Positions 37,500 to 46,509 of a DNA stretch of 64,000 nt are shown piece after piece. Location: assembly GCA_041664585.1 (NCBI GenBank), contig JBAYKL010000001.1:123384-187383 (forward strand), in the 5' to 3' direction. The notes beneath the pieces were generated by a model. It had not been told where the DNA came from. It searched no databases and saw nothing but the letters and a program-made list of their open reading frames with translations. The number at the start of each line of letters is the position of its first letter. Positions within the stretch are counted from its first letter, which is position 1. The position numbers and the translations under genes are program-made. Source of the DNA: Minisyncoccota bacterium. GTDB taxonomy: Bacteria; Patescibacteriota; Minisyncoccia; Phycocordibacterales; GWA1-40-21.

Positions 37500-38630
37500 C
37501 TACGGAAGTTTAATACACTCGTTAAAGGTTTTAACTTCATTATTATATTTAGTGGCCAATACACCAATTTCTTTTATTGATGAGTTAATTACGCTAATTA
37601 ATAAGTTGTACTCAGCAACTTTTGAATTATATAAATTGGGATTTTCAGTAGTATTTAAAGTTTTTAACTCTAAAGTATTTTTTGCTGCTCTCGCTTTCAT
37701 ATCAGTAATAGAAGCCTGGATTGAATCGATTTTTGCCCTTTCCTTTGAATCTGGTTCTATACAAGAAGATAGGGGTCTTCCAAAAATCTGCGCGGATATC
37801 CAAACCTTTTGACCTTTGTATTGAGACTCTTTTGCATATACGCCTATTTCAGTATAAGCGGTATGTAAAATATTTTTTCTGTGCCCTTCACTATTCATCC
37901 AAGCATTTATAAGAGCTTGAGTATTATCGAAATTACCAAGGGCAATATTTTCTCCAACAACAATATATCTATATCCCTCTCTATCAGCAACAAGAGACGC
38001 ACTATCACCACTAGGAGAAACGTGTTCAAAATAACCTTTTGCAAACATATCTAATACTCTTTTCTCTGCAACAGCATCTAATTTACTACTACCAGCCAGT
38101 GATTGAAGCCCTTTCTTTACACGCTCAACGTTTGTTAAAGAAACGATTTGGGTTTTATTTATTTTCGCACCATCAGACACAGTTTTACCAACAAGCAGGC
38201 CTGATGTTTCAACTTTTTTGATGATGTTTTGAATTTTCGAAACTACGGGAGTTTTTATATCTGGAGTTTTTTTAGAAATATCTACAGAAACAGCATTATT
38301 AGATTGAACATTATTTTTTTTGTCAGCCACATCTATTTTAACAGCAACCTTTTCAGTACAAATCTTTGAACCAAGACTAACTCTAAATTCCGTAGTTTTC
38401 CATTCTCCACTAGCTAACGACGAAAAATAATTTCCACAAAAATCGTTTCTCACTTTACCTATAACTGTATCACTAAAAAAACTCACAAAATCATGAACCC
38501 CACCAATAACACTAAAAATGGAGGCTGTTAAATCACCCCTTGAAAATTCAAAAGCCAAAGTACGACTAGAAATAGTACCCGAAAACAGTAGACAAAAGAT
38601 TATTAGAAACAATTTTGCTCTCTTAACCAT
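37500..38630 (-). CDS. Secreted CAP/SCP (PR-1-like, YkwD-like) domain protein.
   Basis: Signal/transmembrane N-terminus, and the C-terminal GENIA...AWMNSEGHRKNIL...YTEIGV CAP signatures. Start at MVKRAK (38630). Confidence 0.7.
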   Translation of the reverse strand: MVKRAKLFLIIFCLLFSGTISSRTLAFEFSRGDLTASIFSVIGGVHDFVSFFSDTVIGKVRNDFCGNYFSSLASGEWKTTEFRVSLGSKICTEKVAVKIDVADKKNNVQSNNAVSVDISKKTPDIKTPVVSKIQNIIKKVETSGLLVGKTVSDGAKINKTQIVSLTNVERVKKGLQSLAGSSKLDAVAEKRVLDMFAKGYFEHVSPSGDSASLVADREGYRYIVVGENIALGNFDNTQALINAWMNSEGHRKNILHTAYTEIGVYAKESQYKGQKVWISAQIFGRPLSSCIEPDSKERAKIDSIQASITDMKARAAKNTLELKTLNTTENPNLYNSKVAEYNLLISVINSSIKEIGVLATKYNNEVKTFNECIKLP

Positions 38631-38690
38631 TGATACTATTTTAACATAAAACAAATTGAATGATAATCTAAGCAGTGATATAATATTTGT

Positions 38691-39083
38691 ATGAAGTCTT
38701 TGCAAGTTTTTTTCAAATATTTTAAGTGGCATTATGGAAAAGCCCTTATCGCTTCCATTTCTCTTTGGAAGAATCTCGCTTTATTTCTCTTTAGTTTTTT
38801 CTCAATAAAAACTCTCTTCTTAAACTTTTTTACTCCTTGGAGAAGAATATCTGACTCATACCCTAAATGGTATAACTTCAAAGAATACTTTTCTACATTA
38901 CTAATGAACACTCTTATGAGAATCGTTGGTATGTTCATTAGATTTTTTGTTATAATTTTAGGCCTAATCTGCACTTTTGTTTTTATAATATTTTATCCAG
39001 CTGCGCTTTTAATTTGGATAGTTCTTCCTGTTGTTGTTTTAACAGTCGTTCTGGTCGGAATAACATTAATTATTATTGGATAA
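38691..39083 (+). CDS. Hypothetical polytopic membrane protein.
   Basis: 3-4 hydrophobic helices. Its stop overlaps the start of the downstream ClpB-like gene. Confidence 0.45.
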   Translation: MKSLQVFFKYFKWHYGKALIASISLWKNLALFLFSFFSIKTLFLNFFTPWRRISDSYPKWYNFKEYFSTLLMNTLMRIVGMFIRFFVIILGLICTFVFIIFYPAALLIWIVLPVVVLTVVLVGITLIIIG

Positions 39084-41556
39084 TATGGATATAAGAAATT
39101 ATTTAAAACAAAGCCACCTATACGATGTTCTCGTAGTCAATTCTTTTGTTTCAATCAAAAGAAGACTTCTTCTTAAGAAAATATCAGGAAACATAATTTT
39201 CTACACATTGATAATAATGGTCTTATATTACTTGATAAAAGATACGAGTAAATTTAAAATATACCATGATTTTGCAGATTTCCTTGTGCCAAGACTCATT
39301 GGATTATTTATATTAAATGTTGGTATATTTGGAATAGCAAAACTTATAGATCTATATCTATCTTCTCAATATTATTTTGAGCATATAGTTCTAAACCAAT
39401 ACTCTCCAGAAGAACTCTACACATTGTCAGCTGGAAAAGTTTTATATTCTGGAAGAAAAACAGACATACTTCATGGTTTCTTTGAGTCTAGGATAGGTAA
39501 AAGGGTCCTTACACGTCTCGGCGTAACAAAGAAAGAAGTGTCTGATTTTATATCTTCACAAAAGCCAGTCTATGAGGAAAATATTCCGAAACAAAAGGAT
39601 AATATATTAAAACTAAAGGATATTGTTATACACCTTTATGAAAATAACAAAAACTTTACCGAATTTTTAAATAAAAAAGGCATATCCAAAGAAGTTCTTC
39701 TGGGTGCGTTAAGTTGGGTTATATTTGAAATAGAATCAAGAGAGTACAAATCGGAGTGGTGGAGACCAGAGGCACTGGCGCGTATACCCGGCATAGCAAA
39801 AGACTGGTCTTTCGGTAGAACATTTCTTTTAGATAAATACAGCAGAGAAATCATGTTAGATGAGCAAGTTTCTTCAAATTATTTCGTTATATCAGATAGA
39901 GAAAACGAAATAAGTCAGATAGAAAATATTCTTTCAAAATCAAATGAAACTAATGTATTGTTAATTGGTGAGCCTGGACAAGAAAAAATCCAGGTGATAT
40001 GGAGCCTGTGTAGACAAATTAAAAGTAAAAATATAGCCGCGACATTAAAAAATAAAAGGCCTATATTACTAATTGTAAACATTCTAGTTTCGTCTTGTAG
40101 AGAAAAGTCTTTTTTTGAGAACCAATTTATAAAGATATTAGATGAAGTTATAAAAGCAGGTAATGTGCTTTTGGTTATAGACAATTTCCCCCTTTTAATC
40201 TCTACTGCGACGCAACTTGGTTCTGATATATCAAGCTTGATTGAACCTTTTCTAACTGGATCAGGAGTACAAATAATTGCTATCTCGAATACAGCAGAAT
40301 ACCATCAAGTAATAGAACCAAATAAGGTTTTGATGAGTGGTTTAGAAATAGTAAAAATAAATCCTTTAACAACAGAAGAAAATGCAAAAATTATTTCCGG
40401 CTCAGCACTAGAAATAGAAGATTTATATGATATTACCTTTACATTTCAAGCCATAAAAGAATTAGCAGAAAGCGCCGAATACTATTTCCCAGAAGGGGTT
40501 TCTTCAGACAAGGCAGTGGACCTTTTAAATGAAATTGCTCCGTGGGCTAAAAGAAAAGGAATAATAAATATAGATAAAAATGAAGTATTGGAATATATAG
40601 AACAAAAAACAAATATACCAACAAGCGGAAGAATTTCAGAAAAAGAAAAAGATAAACTTTTAAACATGGAGAACCTGATCGGACAAAGAGTGATAGGACA
40701 AAAAGAAGCAGTTACTGGAGTAAGCAACGCAATACGAAGAGCTAGATCTGGTGTAAGAAATCCAAACAAACCTATCGGGTCTTTCCTATTCCTGGGGCCT
40801 ACTGGTGTTGGTAAAACAGAAACTGCAAAAGCTTTGGCCGAAGTATTCTTTGGTAGCGAAGAAAATATGATGCGTCTTGATATGTCAGAATATCAAACAG
40901 ATGATGCCATGGAACGCCTTATAGGTTCATTCAAAGAAAATAAACCTGGTATATTTTCAAGTATGCTTAGAGATAAACAATACGGCGTTGTCCTTCTTGA
41001 TGAGTTTGAAAAAACCAATAAAGAAGTTCAAAACTTGTTTCTACAAATATTAGATGAGGGAATGTTTTCTGATACTAATGGTAAAAAAGTTAGTACAAAA
41101 AATATAATATTTGTTGCTACTTCAAATGCTGGTTCAGAGACAATATTTAAAATGATAGAGGAAGGTAAAAATCCAGAAGATGCAAAGGAAGAAATATTAG
41201 GAAACATTATAAGCAAAGGATTATTCAAACCAGAGCTTATAAACCGTTTTGATGGGACAATAATATTCCATCCACTAAATGAAGGACAACTCAAGCAAAT
41301 TGCGAAATTAATGATAAAAAAAGTCGCTAAAAGATTAATAGAAAAAGGAATCGAACTAAAAACAAACGATTCTCTTGTGGATTATATTGTAAAAAATGGT
41401 TCAAATGCAGTATTCGGCGCAAGACCGATGAACAGATTTATCCAAGATTCTGTGGAAGAAAAGATCTCCGTACTTATAATAAAAAATGAATTAAAAACTG
41501 GGGACTCCCTAGAATTTAAGATTGAGGAGAATGAACTCTTACCTGTCATAAATTAA
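39076..41556 (+). CDS. Clp/Hsp100-family AAA+ ATPase with an N-terminal membrane anchor and a degenerate first nucleotide-binding module.
   Basis: Two N-terminal transmembrane helices. D1 Walker A reads LLIGEPGQEK (no GKT). D2 is intact (FLGPTGVGKTE, Walker B VVLLDEFEK, sensor region) plus the ClpB D2-small domain (GARPMNRFIQ). Confidence 0.7.
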   Translation: MDNMDIRNYLKQSHLYDVLVVNSFVSIKRRLLLKKISGNIIFYTLIIMVLYYLIKDTSKFKIYHDFADFLVPRLIGLFILNVGIFGIAKLIDLYLSSQYYFEHIVLNQYSPEELYTLSAGKVLYSGRKTDILHGFFESRIGKRVLTRLGVTKKEVSDFISSQKPVYEENIPKQKDNILKLKDIVIHLYENNKNFTEFLNKKGISKEVLLGALSWVIFEIESREYKSEWWRPEALARIPGIAKDWSFGRTFLLDKYSREIMLDEQVSSNYFVISDRENEISQIENILSKSNETNVLLIGEPGQEKIQVIWSLCRQIKSKNIAATLKNKRPILLIVNILVSSCREKSFFENQFIKILDEVIKAGNVLLVIDNFPLLISTATQLGSDISSLIEPFLTGSGVQIIAISNTAEYHQVIEPNKVLMSGLEIVKINPLTTEENAKIISGSALEIEDLYDITFTFQAIKELAESAEYYFPEGVSSDKAVDLLNEIAPWAKRKGIINIDKNEVLEYIEQKTNIPTSGRISEKEKDKLLNMENLIGQRVIGQKEAVTGVSNAIRRARSGVRNPNKPIGSFLFLGPTGVGKTETAKALAEVFFGSEENMMRLDMSEYQTDDAMERLIGSFKENKPGIFSSMLRDKQYGVVLLDEFEKTNKEVQNLFLQILDEGMFSDTNGKKVSTKNIIFVATSNAGSETIFKMIEEGKNPEDAKEEILGNIISKGLFKPELINRFDGTIIFHPLNEGQLKQIAKLMIKKVAKRLIEKGIELKTNDSLVDYIVKNGSNAVFGARPMNRFIQDSVEEKISVLIIKNELKTGDSLEFKIEENELLPVIN

Positions 41557-41564
41557 ACAAAAAG

Positions 41565-41610
41565 AAAGCCGCTCAAAAATGTTCTAAAAACTTTTTTGAG
41601 CGGCTAACTT
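41565..41610. terminator. Bidirectional intrinsic terminator.
   Basis: 13-bp stem AAGCCGCTCAAAAA/TTTTTGAGCGGCT. Confidence 0.6.
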
Positions 41611-41637
41611 TCGTCACCTTCGTCTTGTATATTCATT

Positions 41638-41925
41638 TTATTTTGAATAAGATTCTGTCATGAGATTGGATTTGAGAATTTGCTTCTTCTCTCTCTGACT
41701 AAGATAATATGTTCCGATCATAGTACCGATTGCGCAACCGATGGCATATACGACCACGATAAAGGTGTTGTCTATGTTATCCATTATTCTGTTAAGAATA
41801 TAATACCAAATTAACACATTTACAGTAGTAATAGCTCCACTAGCTAAAACCTTCGCTTTTGTGACAGACTCTGTCCAAGCGGTAACTATAAGCATTTCAA
41901 CAATGCCAAGCAAAAATATAAACAT
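41638..41925 (-). CDS. Small three-transmembrane-helix membrane protein, hypothetical.
   Basis: Hydrophobic helices. No recognisable domain. Confidence 0.4.
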   Translation of the reverse strand: MFIFLLGIVEMLIVTAWTESVTKAKVLASGAITTVNVLIWYYILNRIMDNIDNTFIVVVYAIGCAIGTMIGTYYLSQREKKQILKSNLMTESYSK

Positions 41926-42092
41926 ATATTTACTGAGTTTATTCCATTATTAATGTACTCGACCAAATATAAAAACGCCCTTATGGGGTGTTTTTATATT
42001 GTCTATACAATACTACATTATAGGTAAAATTGCAACACAAAAGACAACGGCCTTTGTCTTGCGCATCTTTAAATTTTAAATATACTTATTGT

Positions 42093-42821
42093 ATGAGTAT
42101 TGAAAAAATTGGACATTTTTTAGGAGAAAAAATAGGGCGTAAAGGATTAGAGTGGCTAAATAAAAAAGTAGAAAATTTTGATATTAAAGTCAGTGGTGAA
42201 GAAAACTTAGAAAGCTTAAAAGAAGAAGCTTATTTATTAGTTTCTAATCACCTTAAACCTGAAGAAAATATCGCCGTAAATACCGGTATCAGTCCGGACT
42301 CTTTTATACTATCAAGCTTAGTCAAAAAAATTACAGGACAGGAAATAAAAGCAATTCAAAAAAGCGATGATGGATGGTGGGCAAAAAATCCAATATGGCG
42401 TTCTTTCCAAAAAAACATTGGGCAACCCTTGGGTAAAGGGTTCGCTGAGGGATCTGGTAATGTTCCCGTAAAAAAGAATCCTGGTAGCTTCAATAGAGAC
42501 TTTTTATTATTAGTTGATGGAGTAATAAAAAATGGAGAACCACTCTTGATTTTTCCAGAAGGTAATTGGTATGAGGACTTTGAAATAGATCACGAGATCA
42601 AACCAGGAGCGGCTCATATTGCTAAAAAATACGATCTTAAAGTAGTTCCTGCTTACATAAAAGGTGCTACCAGTTGGGAAGATGGTCAAGATATCTCTGT
42701 TTCTTTTGGAGAACCTTTTACAGTTGAAAATTTTGAAAAAGATGAGATATCAGAAAAGATTAAAGAAGAAATACACAAACTTCAGCAAGAAACCGAACAA
42801 GAAGTCACACGACAAGCATAA
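42093..42821 (+). CDS. Lysophospholipid acyltransferase (PlsC-like) family protein.
   Basis: VSNHLKPEE (variant HX4D/E box) and FPEGNW (motif III). Start at MSIEKIG. Confidence 0.55.
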   Translation: MSIEKIGHFLGEKIGRKGLEWLNKKVENFDIKVSGEENLESLKEEAYLLVSNHLKPEENIAVNTGISPDSFILSSLVKKITGQEIKAIQKSDDGWWAKNPIWRSFQKNIGQPLGKGFAEGSGNVPVKKNPGSFNRDFLLLVDGVIKNGEPLLIFPEGNWYEDFEIDHEIKPGAAHIAKKYDLKVVPAYIKGATSWEDGQDISVSFGEPFTVENFEKDEISEKIKEEIHKLQQETEQEVTRQA

Positions 42822-42842
42822 CCTTTCTAAATAGGAAAAACA

Positions 42843-43544
42843 TTATTTCCTAAGCCAAAACTGTCTTTTAGACTCTGGAAATTTTTCTATGGCATATCTT
42901 AGAGTAGTTCTGGAAGTATTCTTGTGATTTTTAATCAAAAAACCTTCCAAGATTGGCTCCTCTCTTTTCCCCACCTCCCTGAGCATCCAACCAACAGCCT
43001 TTTGTATAAGATCATGTTCATCCTTCAGAAGCACTTTTGATATTCTCAAAGTATCTATAAAATTCCCCTCTTTTATAAAGGCGAAAGTAGAAATAATAGA
43101 AACTCTCCTTTCCCAAAGGTTTTTGGATTCTGAAAATTTATATAAAACCTTTTTGGGTTTATTTAACAAATATGTCCCAACAATTTTAGGAGCTGAAAGG
43201 TCTACTAAATCCCAATTATTAACCTGGCGAACGTTTCTTATATAAAAATCAAATATCTTTTTCTTTTTCTCTTCATTTCCCTCTTCAAATTGGTTTACCA
43301 GTATTAAAAGAGCGCAAAGTCTTTCTTCGTGAATTTTTGAATATAAGAGTTCCTTTATATCTTCAATGTATAAATCACCATATTTTTTAGAGATCTTTCT
43401 TATATTTGGAACAAAAATACCCAGAAAAATATCACCTTCTCCATATTCCCCTTTCTTAGTTTTAAAAAATCTTTGTAGGATATCAACCCTACTAAAGTCA
43501 GAAATATTTATTAAATCTTTTTTCACATTCTGAAAATCAATCAT
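42843..43544 (-). CDS. DNA alkylation repair protein (AlkD/AlkC-like HEAT-repeat glycosylase family).
   Basis: Family-typical length and helical-repeat pattern, with NNWDLVDLSAP and GWMLREVGK motifs. Confidence 0.65.
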   Translation of the reverse strand: MIDFQNVKKDLINISDFSRVDILQRFFKTKKGEYGEGDIFLGIFVPNIRKISKKYGDLYIEDIKELLYSKIHEERLCALLILVNQFEEGNEEKKKKIFDFYIRNVRQVNNWDLVDLSAPKIVGTYLLNKPKKVLYKFSESKNLWERRVSIISTFAFIKEGNFIDTLRISKVLLKDEHDLIQKAVGWMLREVGKREEPILEGFLIKNHKNTSRTTLRYAIEKFPESKRQFWLRK

Positions 43545-43617
43545 AAAATAATTATATAATATAAAAACAAAAACTGCTCATAATAAAATGAGCAATTTTT
43601 GCTTAAGAATCGTCTTA

Positions 43618-43833
43618 TTATACCCTTGTCTTTTTTGCAAGTCTTCCGATTAGAAACACTAGATACAAAGCCGATAGGCCAACCAAAGCATAAACAACTG
43701 AGGTCCAGACAGTTGCTCCAAAAAGCAAAGCTACCAAATTCCAACTTGAGTCAATTGAAATAAGACCCCAATTTAAACCGCCCACAACAACAAGAATCAA
43801 AGTCAACAAATCAAACCAGTTAAGTTTTGACAT
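43618..43833 (-). CDS. DUF378-family small membrane protein.
   Basis: LNWGLISIDSS...LVALLFG pattern. Confidence 0.55.
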   Translation of the reverse strand: MSKLNWFDLLTLILVVVGGLNWGLISIDSSWNLVALLFGATVWTSVVYALVGLSALYLVFLIGRLAKKTRV

Positions 43834-43931
43834 AAAAATTATATTTTCTTAATGAGTAAAAACGACCTTTATCACTTATAATTATACACCCTTTTAAATA
43901 CAAAATGTAAAGGGTCTCGGTGGATAATTTT

Positions 43932-44498
43932 TTAAATGGCTATTTTCTTTAATAAAGTGTCTATATTTTTCTTATCCTGAGCAGAACAAGTAATGATCTC
44001 TCCTTCTTTTGATTCCTTTTTAATTAAGTTAACTTGTTTAATGACATCCTGTTGTTTTAGCTTATCCATTTTATTAGCAACGACTAAATACTGTAGTTCC
44101 TCATTTCTAAGAACTTCTAAAACTTCCCTGTCAAAATCGGTTAGCCCAGCTTTTATATCAAGAACCAAGACCACAAGAGGTTCTGTTTCTGAATACATAA
44201 GATACCAAAGGATTAATTTCCTTATTTTCTCTCTCTTTTCTGGCGTAGCTTCTGCATATCCAAAACCAGGCAAATCTACAAAGTAGTTTTTTTTATTAAC
44301 AAGAAAAAAATTAATCTCCGTTGTTTTACCGGGTTTTTTACCGACTTTTACCAAATCCTTTCTCTTGAGTAACGCATTTATCAAACTAGATTTACCAACA
44401 TTAGAACGCCCGATAAAAGCAATCTGTCTAATCCCATTGTATAAAATCGGATCTGTACCGTTAATTCCTTTCACAAACTCAGCGCTCTTTATTTCCAT
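43932..44498 (-). CDS. engB: Ribosome biogenesis GTPase YsxC/EngB.
   Basis: GRSNVGKSSLINAL, DLPGFGYA. Confidence 0.85.
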   Translation of the reverse strand: MEIKSAEFVKGINGTDPILYNGIRQIAFIGRSNVGKSSLINALLKRKDLVKVGKKPGKTTEINFFLVNKKNYFVDLPGFGYAEATPEKREKIRKLILWYLMYSETEPLVVLVLDIKAGLTDFDREVLEVLRNEELQYLVVANKMDKLKQQDVIKQVNLIKKESKEGEIITCSAQDKKNIDTLLKKIAI

Positions 44499-44540
44499 AT
44501 GGCTTTAGTATATGCGGAAATTCAAAAAATAGCTAGAAAA

Positions 44541-45764
44541 TTATTCGTACCTTAAAGCATCTATTGGATTTAGATTTGAAGCCCTAGCGGCTGGATAATA
44601 ACCAAAAACTATCCCTATAAGAGCAGAAACTCCGAAAGAAAGTAAAACTGACATCAAAGAAATTTTTGCTGTAAGAAGTCCGGTTAATGTTATCCCCCAA
44701 GCTATTGCAATACCTACAACGATTCCGACAGCCCCACCGATAGCCGTAAGCATTATGGATTCAATTAAAAATTGTAAACGAATATCTCTCTTTTTTGCCC
44801 CCACCGCTTTTCTTAGACCTATTTCTCTAGTTCTTTCTGTAACCGTTGTGAGCATCATATTCATAATACCTATACCACCAACAAGTAAAGAAATGCCAGC
44901 GATTGCTGCAAGTAAGGCGGTCATTGTCGCTGTAATAGAAGAAGCTGTCTCTAGCATATCAGACTGGTTCATTGTACTAAAATCTGCTTTAGTAGCATCG
45001 GTAATATTGTGTCTAGAAAGTAATATGTCTGTCGCCTGATTTTGCACATCTGTCACCAAATCTGCAGATTGAGCAGAAATATTTATAGCAGAAACATATT
45101 TATTACCAGTGAAAAATTGTTGGGCAACATTTATAGGTATATAGACAACATCATCAGCACTACCTAAACCAGTTCCTCCCTTTGCTAAAGTTACGCCAAT
45201 AACAGTAAACTCATTTCCGCTTATTCTAATCGTCTGGCCCACCGCATCAACACCACTTCCAAAAAGATCATCCCTAGTAGTTGGACCAATAACAGCAACC
45301 CTAGATAATTGGGTTACTTGTTCATCTGAGAAAAAAGTACCCAAATCTAAAACTAAATTTTTAATTTCTACATAAGAAGGTGTGGTGCCAATAACAGAGG
45401 TATTTGTATTCATACCAGCAGCGACAATTTGTTTCTGTGTAGAAACCGTTGCGGCAATATATTTCGCACTTGTAACTCCACTTTTAATTGCGTCGACGTC
45501 AGACATTGTCAATGTATTTGCAGACCCCCTGCTTGTTTTCACGTTACTTCCAGCTGTCTTTACGGCCCCAGGGGAAATAACAACCAGATTCGAGCCTGTA
45601 GACTCAATTCTAGACTGGATGGAGTTAGTAGCCCCATTGCCAACAGCGAGCATCGAAATAACAGAAGCAATACCAATTACGATACCAAGCATTGTAAGAC
45701 CTGTACGAACTTTATTCGATAATAATCCAGACGACGTTTCTTTTAACAAATCTTTAATTGTCAT
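44541..45764 (-). CDS. ABC transporter permease, FtsX/MacB-like.
   Basis: 1+3 transmembrane topology with a large extracytoplasmic domain. Confidence 0.85.
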   Translation of the reverse strand: MTIKDLLKETSSGLLSNKVRTGLTMLGIVIGIASVISMLAVGNGATNSIQSRIESTGSNLVVISPGAVKTAGSNVKTSRGSANTLTMSDVDAIKSGVTSAKYIAATVSTQKQIVAAGMNTNTSVIGTTPSYVEIKNLVLDLGTFFSDEQVTQLSRVAVIGPTTRDDLFGSGVDAVGQTIRISGNEFTVIGVTLAKGGTGLGSADDVVYIPINVAQQFFTGNKYVSAINISAQSADLVTDVQNQATDILLSRHNITDATKADFSTMNQSDMLETASSITATMTALLAAIAGISLLVGGIGIMNMMLTTVTERTREIGLRKAVGAKKRDIRLQFLIESIMLTAIGGAVGIVVGIAIAWGITLTGLLTAKISLMSVLLSFGVSALIGIVFGYYPAARASNLNPIDALRYE

Positions 45765-45777
45765 TTAATTTAAAATC

Positions 45778-46509
45778 TTATTCACAAATTTTTATTACTC
45801 TCTTATTTTTATTTTCTTCATCCGTAACAATAGCCCCATCTCTTATGTGTATAATTCTATCTGCATGTTCTGCAACGTCTAATTCGTGAGTAATAAGTAT
45901 AATAGTATGCCCTTCTTTTTTATTTAAATCTTGAAAAGTTTTCAAAACAATTTCACCAGTTTTTGTATCGAGATTCCCAGTTGGCTCATCCGCCATGATA
46001 AGTGATGGATTATTTACCAAAGCTCTAGCAATAGCTACACGTTGTATTTGTCCTCCAGAAAGTTGGTTTGATAAATGATGCCATCTATTCTCTTCAAGAC
46101 CAGCAGAAGTGAGAGCCTCCCTTGCTCTTTTCTCCCTTTCTTCTGGAGAGACCTTTAAATAGACTAGTGGCAAAATAACGTTACGAATAACCTCTGCTCT
46201 AGGCAAAAGATTGAATGACTGAAAGACAAAACCTATTTTTCCACCACGAATATCAGCAAGCTCATCGTCCGAAAGTTTAGAAACATCTTCTCCGTCCAAA
46301 AAATATGTACCTGAAGTTGGTGTATCCAGTGCACCAAGAATATGCATAAGAGTTGATTTACCAGAACCTGAAGGCCCCATGATAGCGACAAACTCTCCAT
46401 CTTTTATGGTAAAAGAAACTCCCTTTAATGCCTGTGTTTCCGCTTCACCGTTTATGTAAGTTTTTTTAATATTTTTACATTCAATCATTTTAATATTTTT
46501 ACATTCCAC
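45778..46509 (-). CDS. ABC transporter ATP-binding protein (MacB-like).
   Basis: [23 protein letters not shown]. The N-terminus has a duplicated octapeptide [14 protein letters not shown], so the true start may be the second Met (46485). Confidence 0.9.
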   Translation of the reverse strand: MECKNIKMIECKNIKKTYINGEAETQALKGVSFTIKDGEFVAIMGPSGSGKSTLMHILGALDTPTSGTYFLDGEDVSKLSDDELADIRGGKIGFVFQSFNLLPRAEVIRNVILPLVYLKVSPEEREKRAREALTSAGLEENRWHHLSNQLSGGQIQRVAIARALVNNPSLIMADEPTGNLDTKTGEIVLKTFQDLNKKEGHTIILITHELDVAEHADRIIHIRDGAIVTDEENKNKRVIKICE

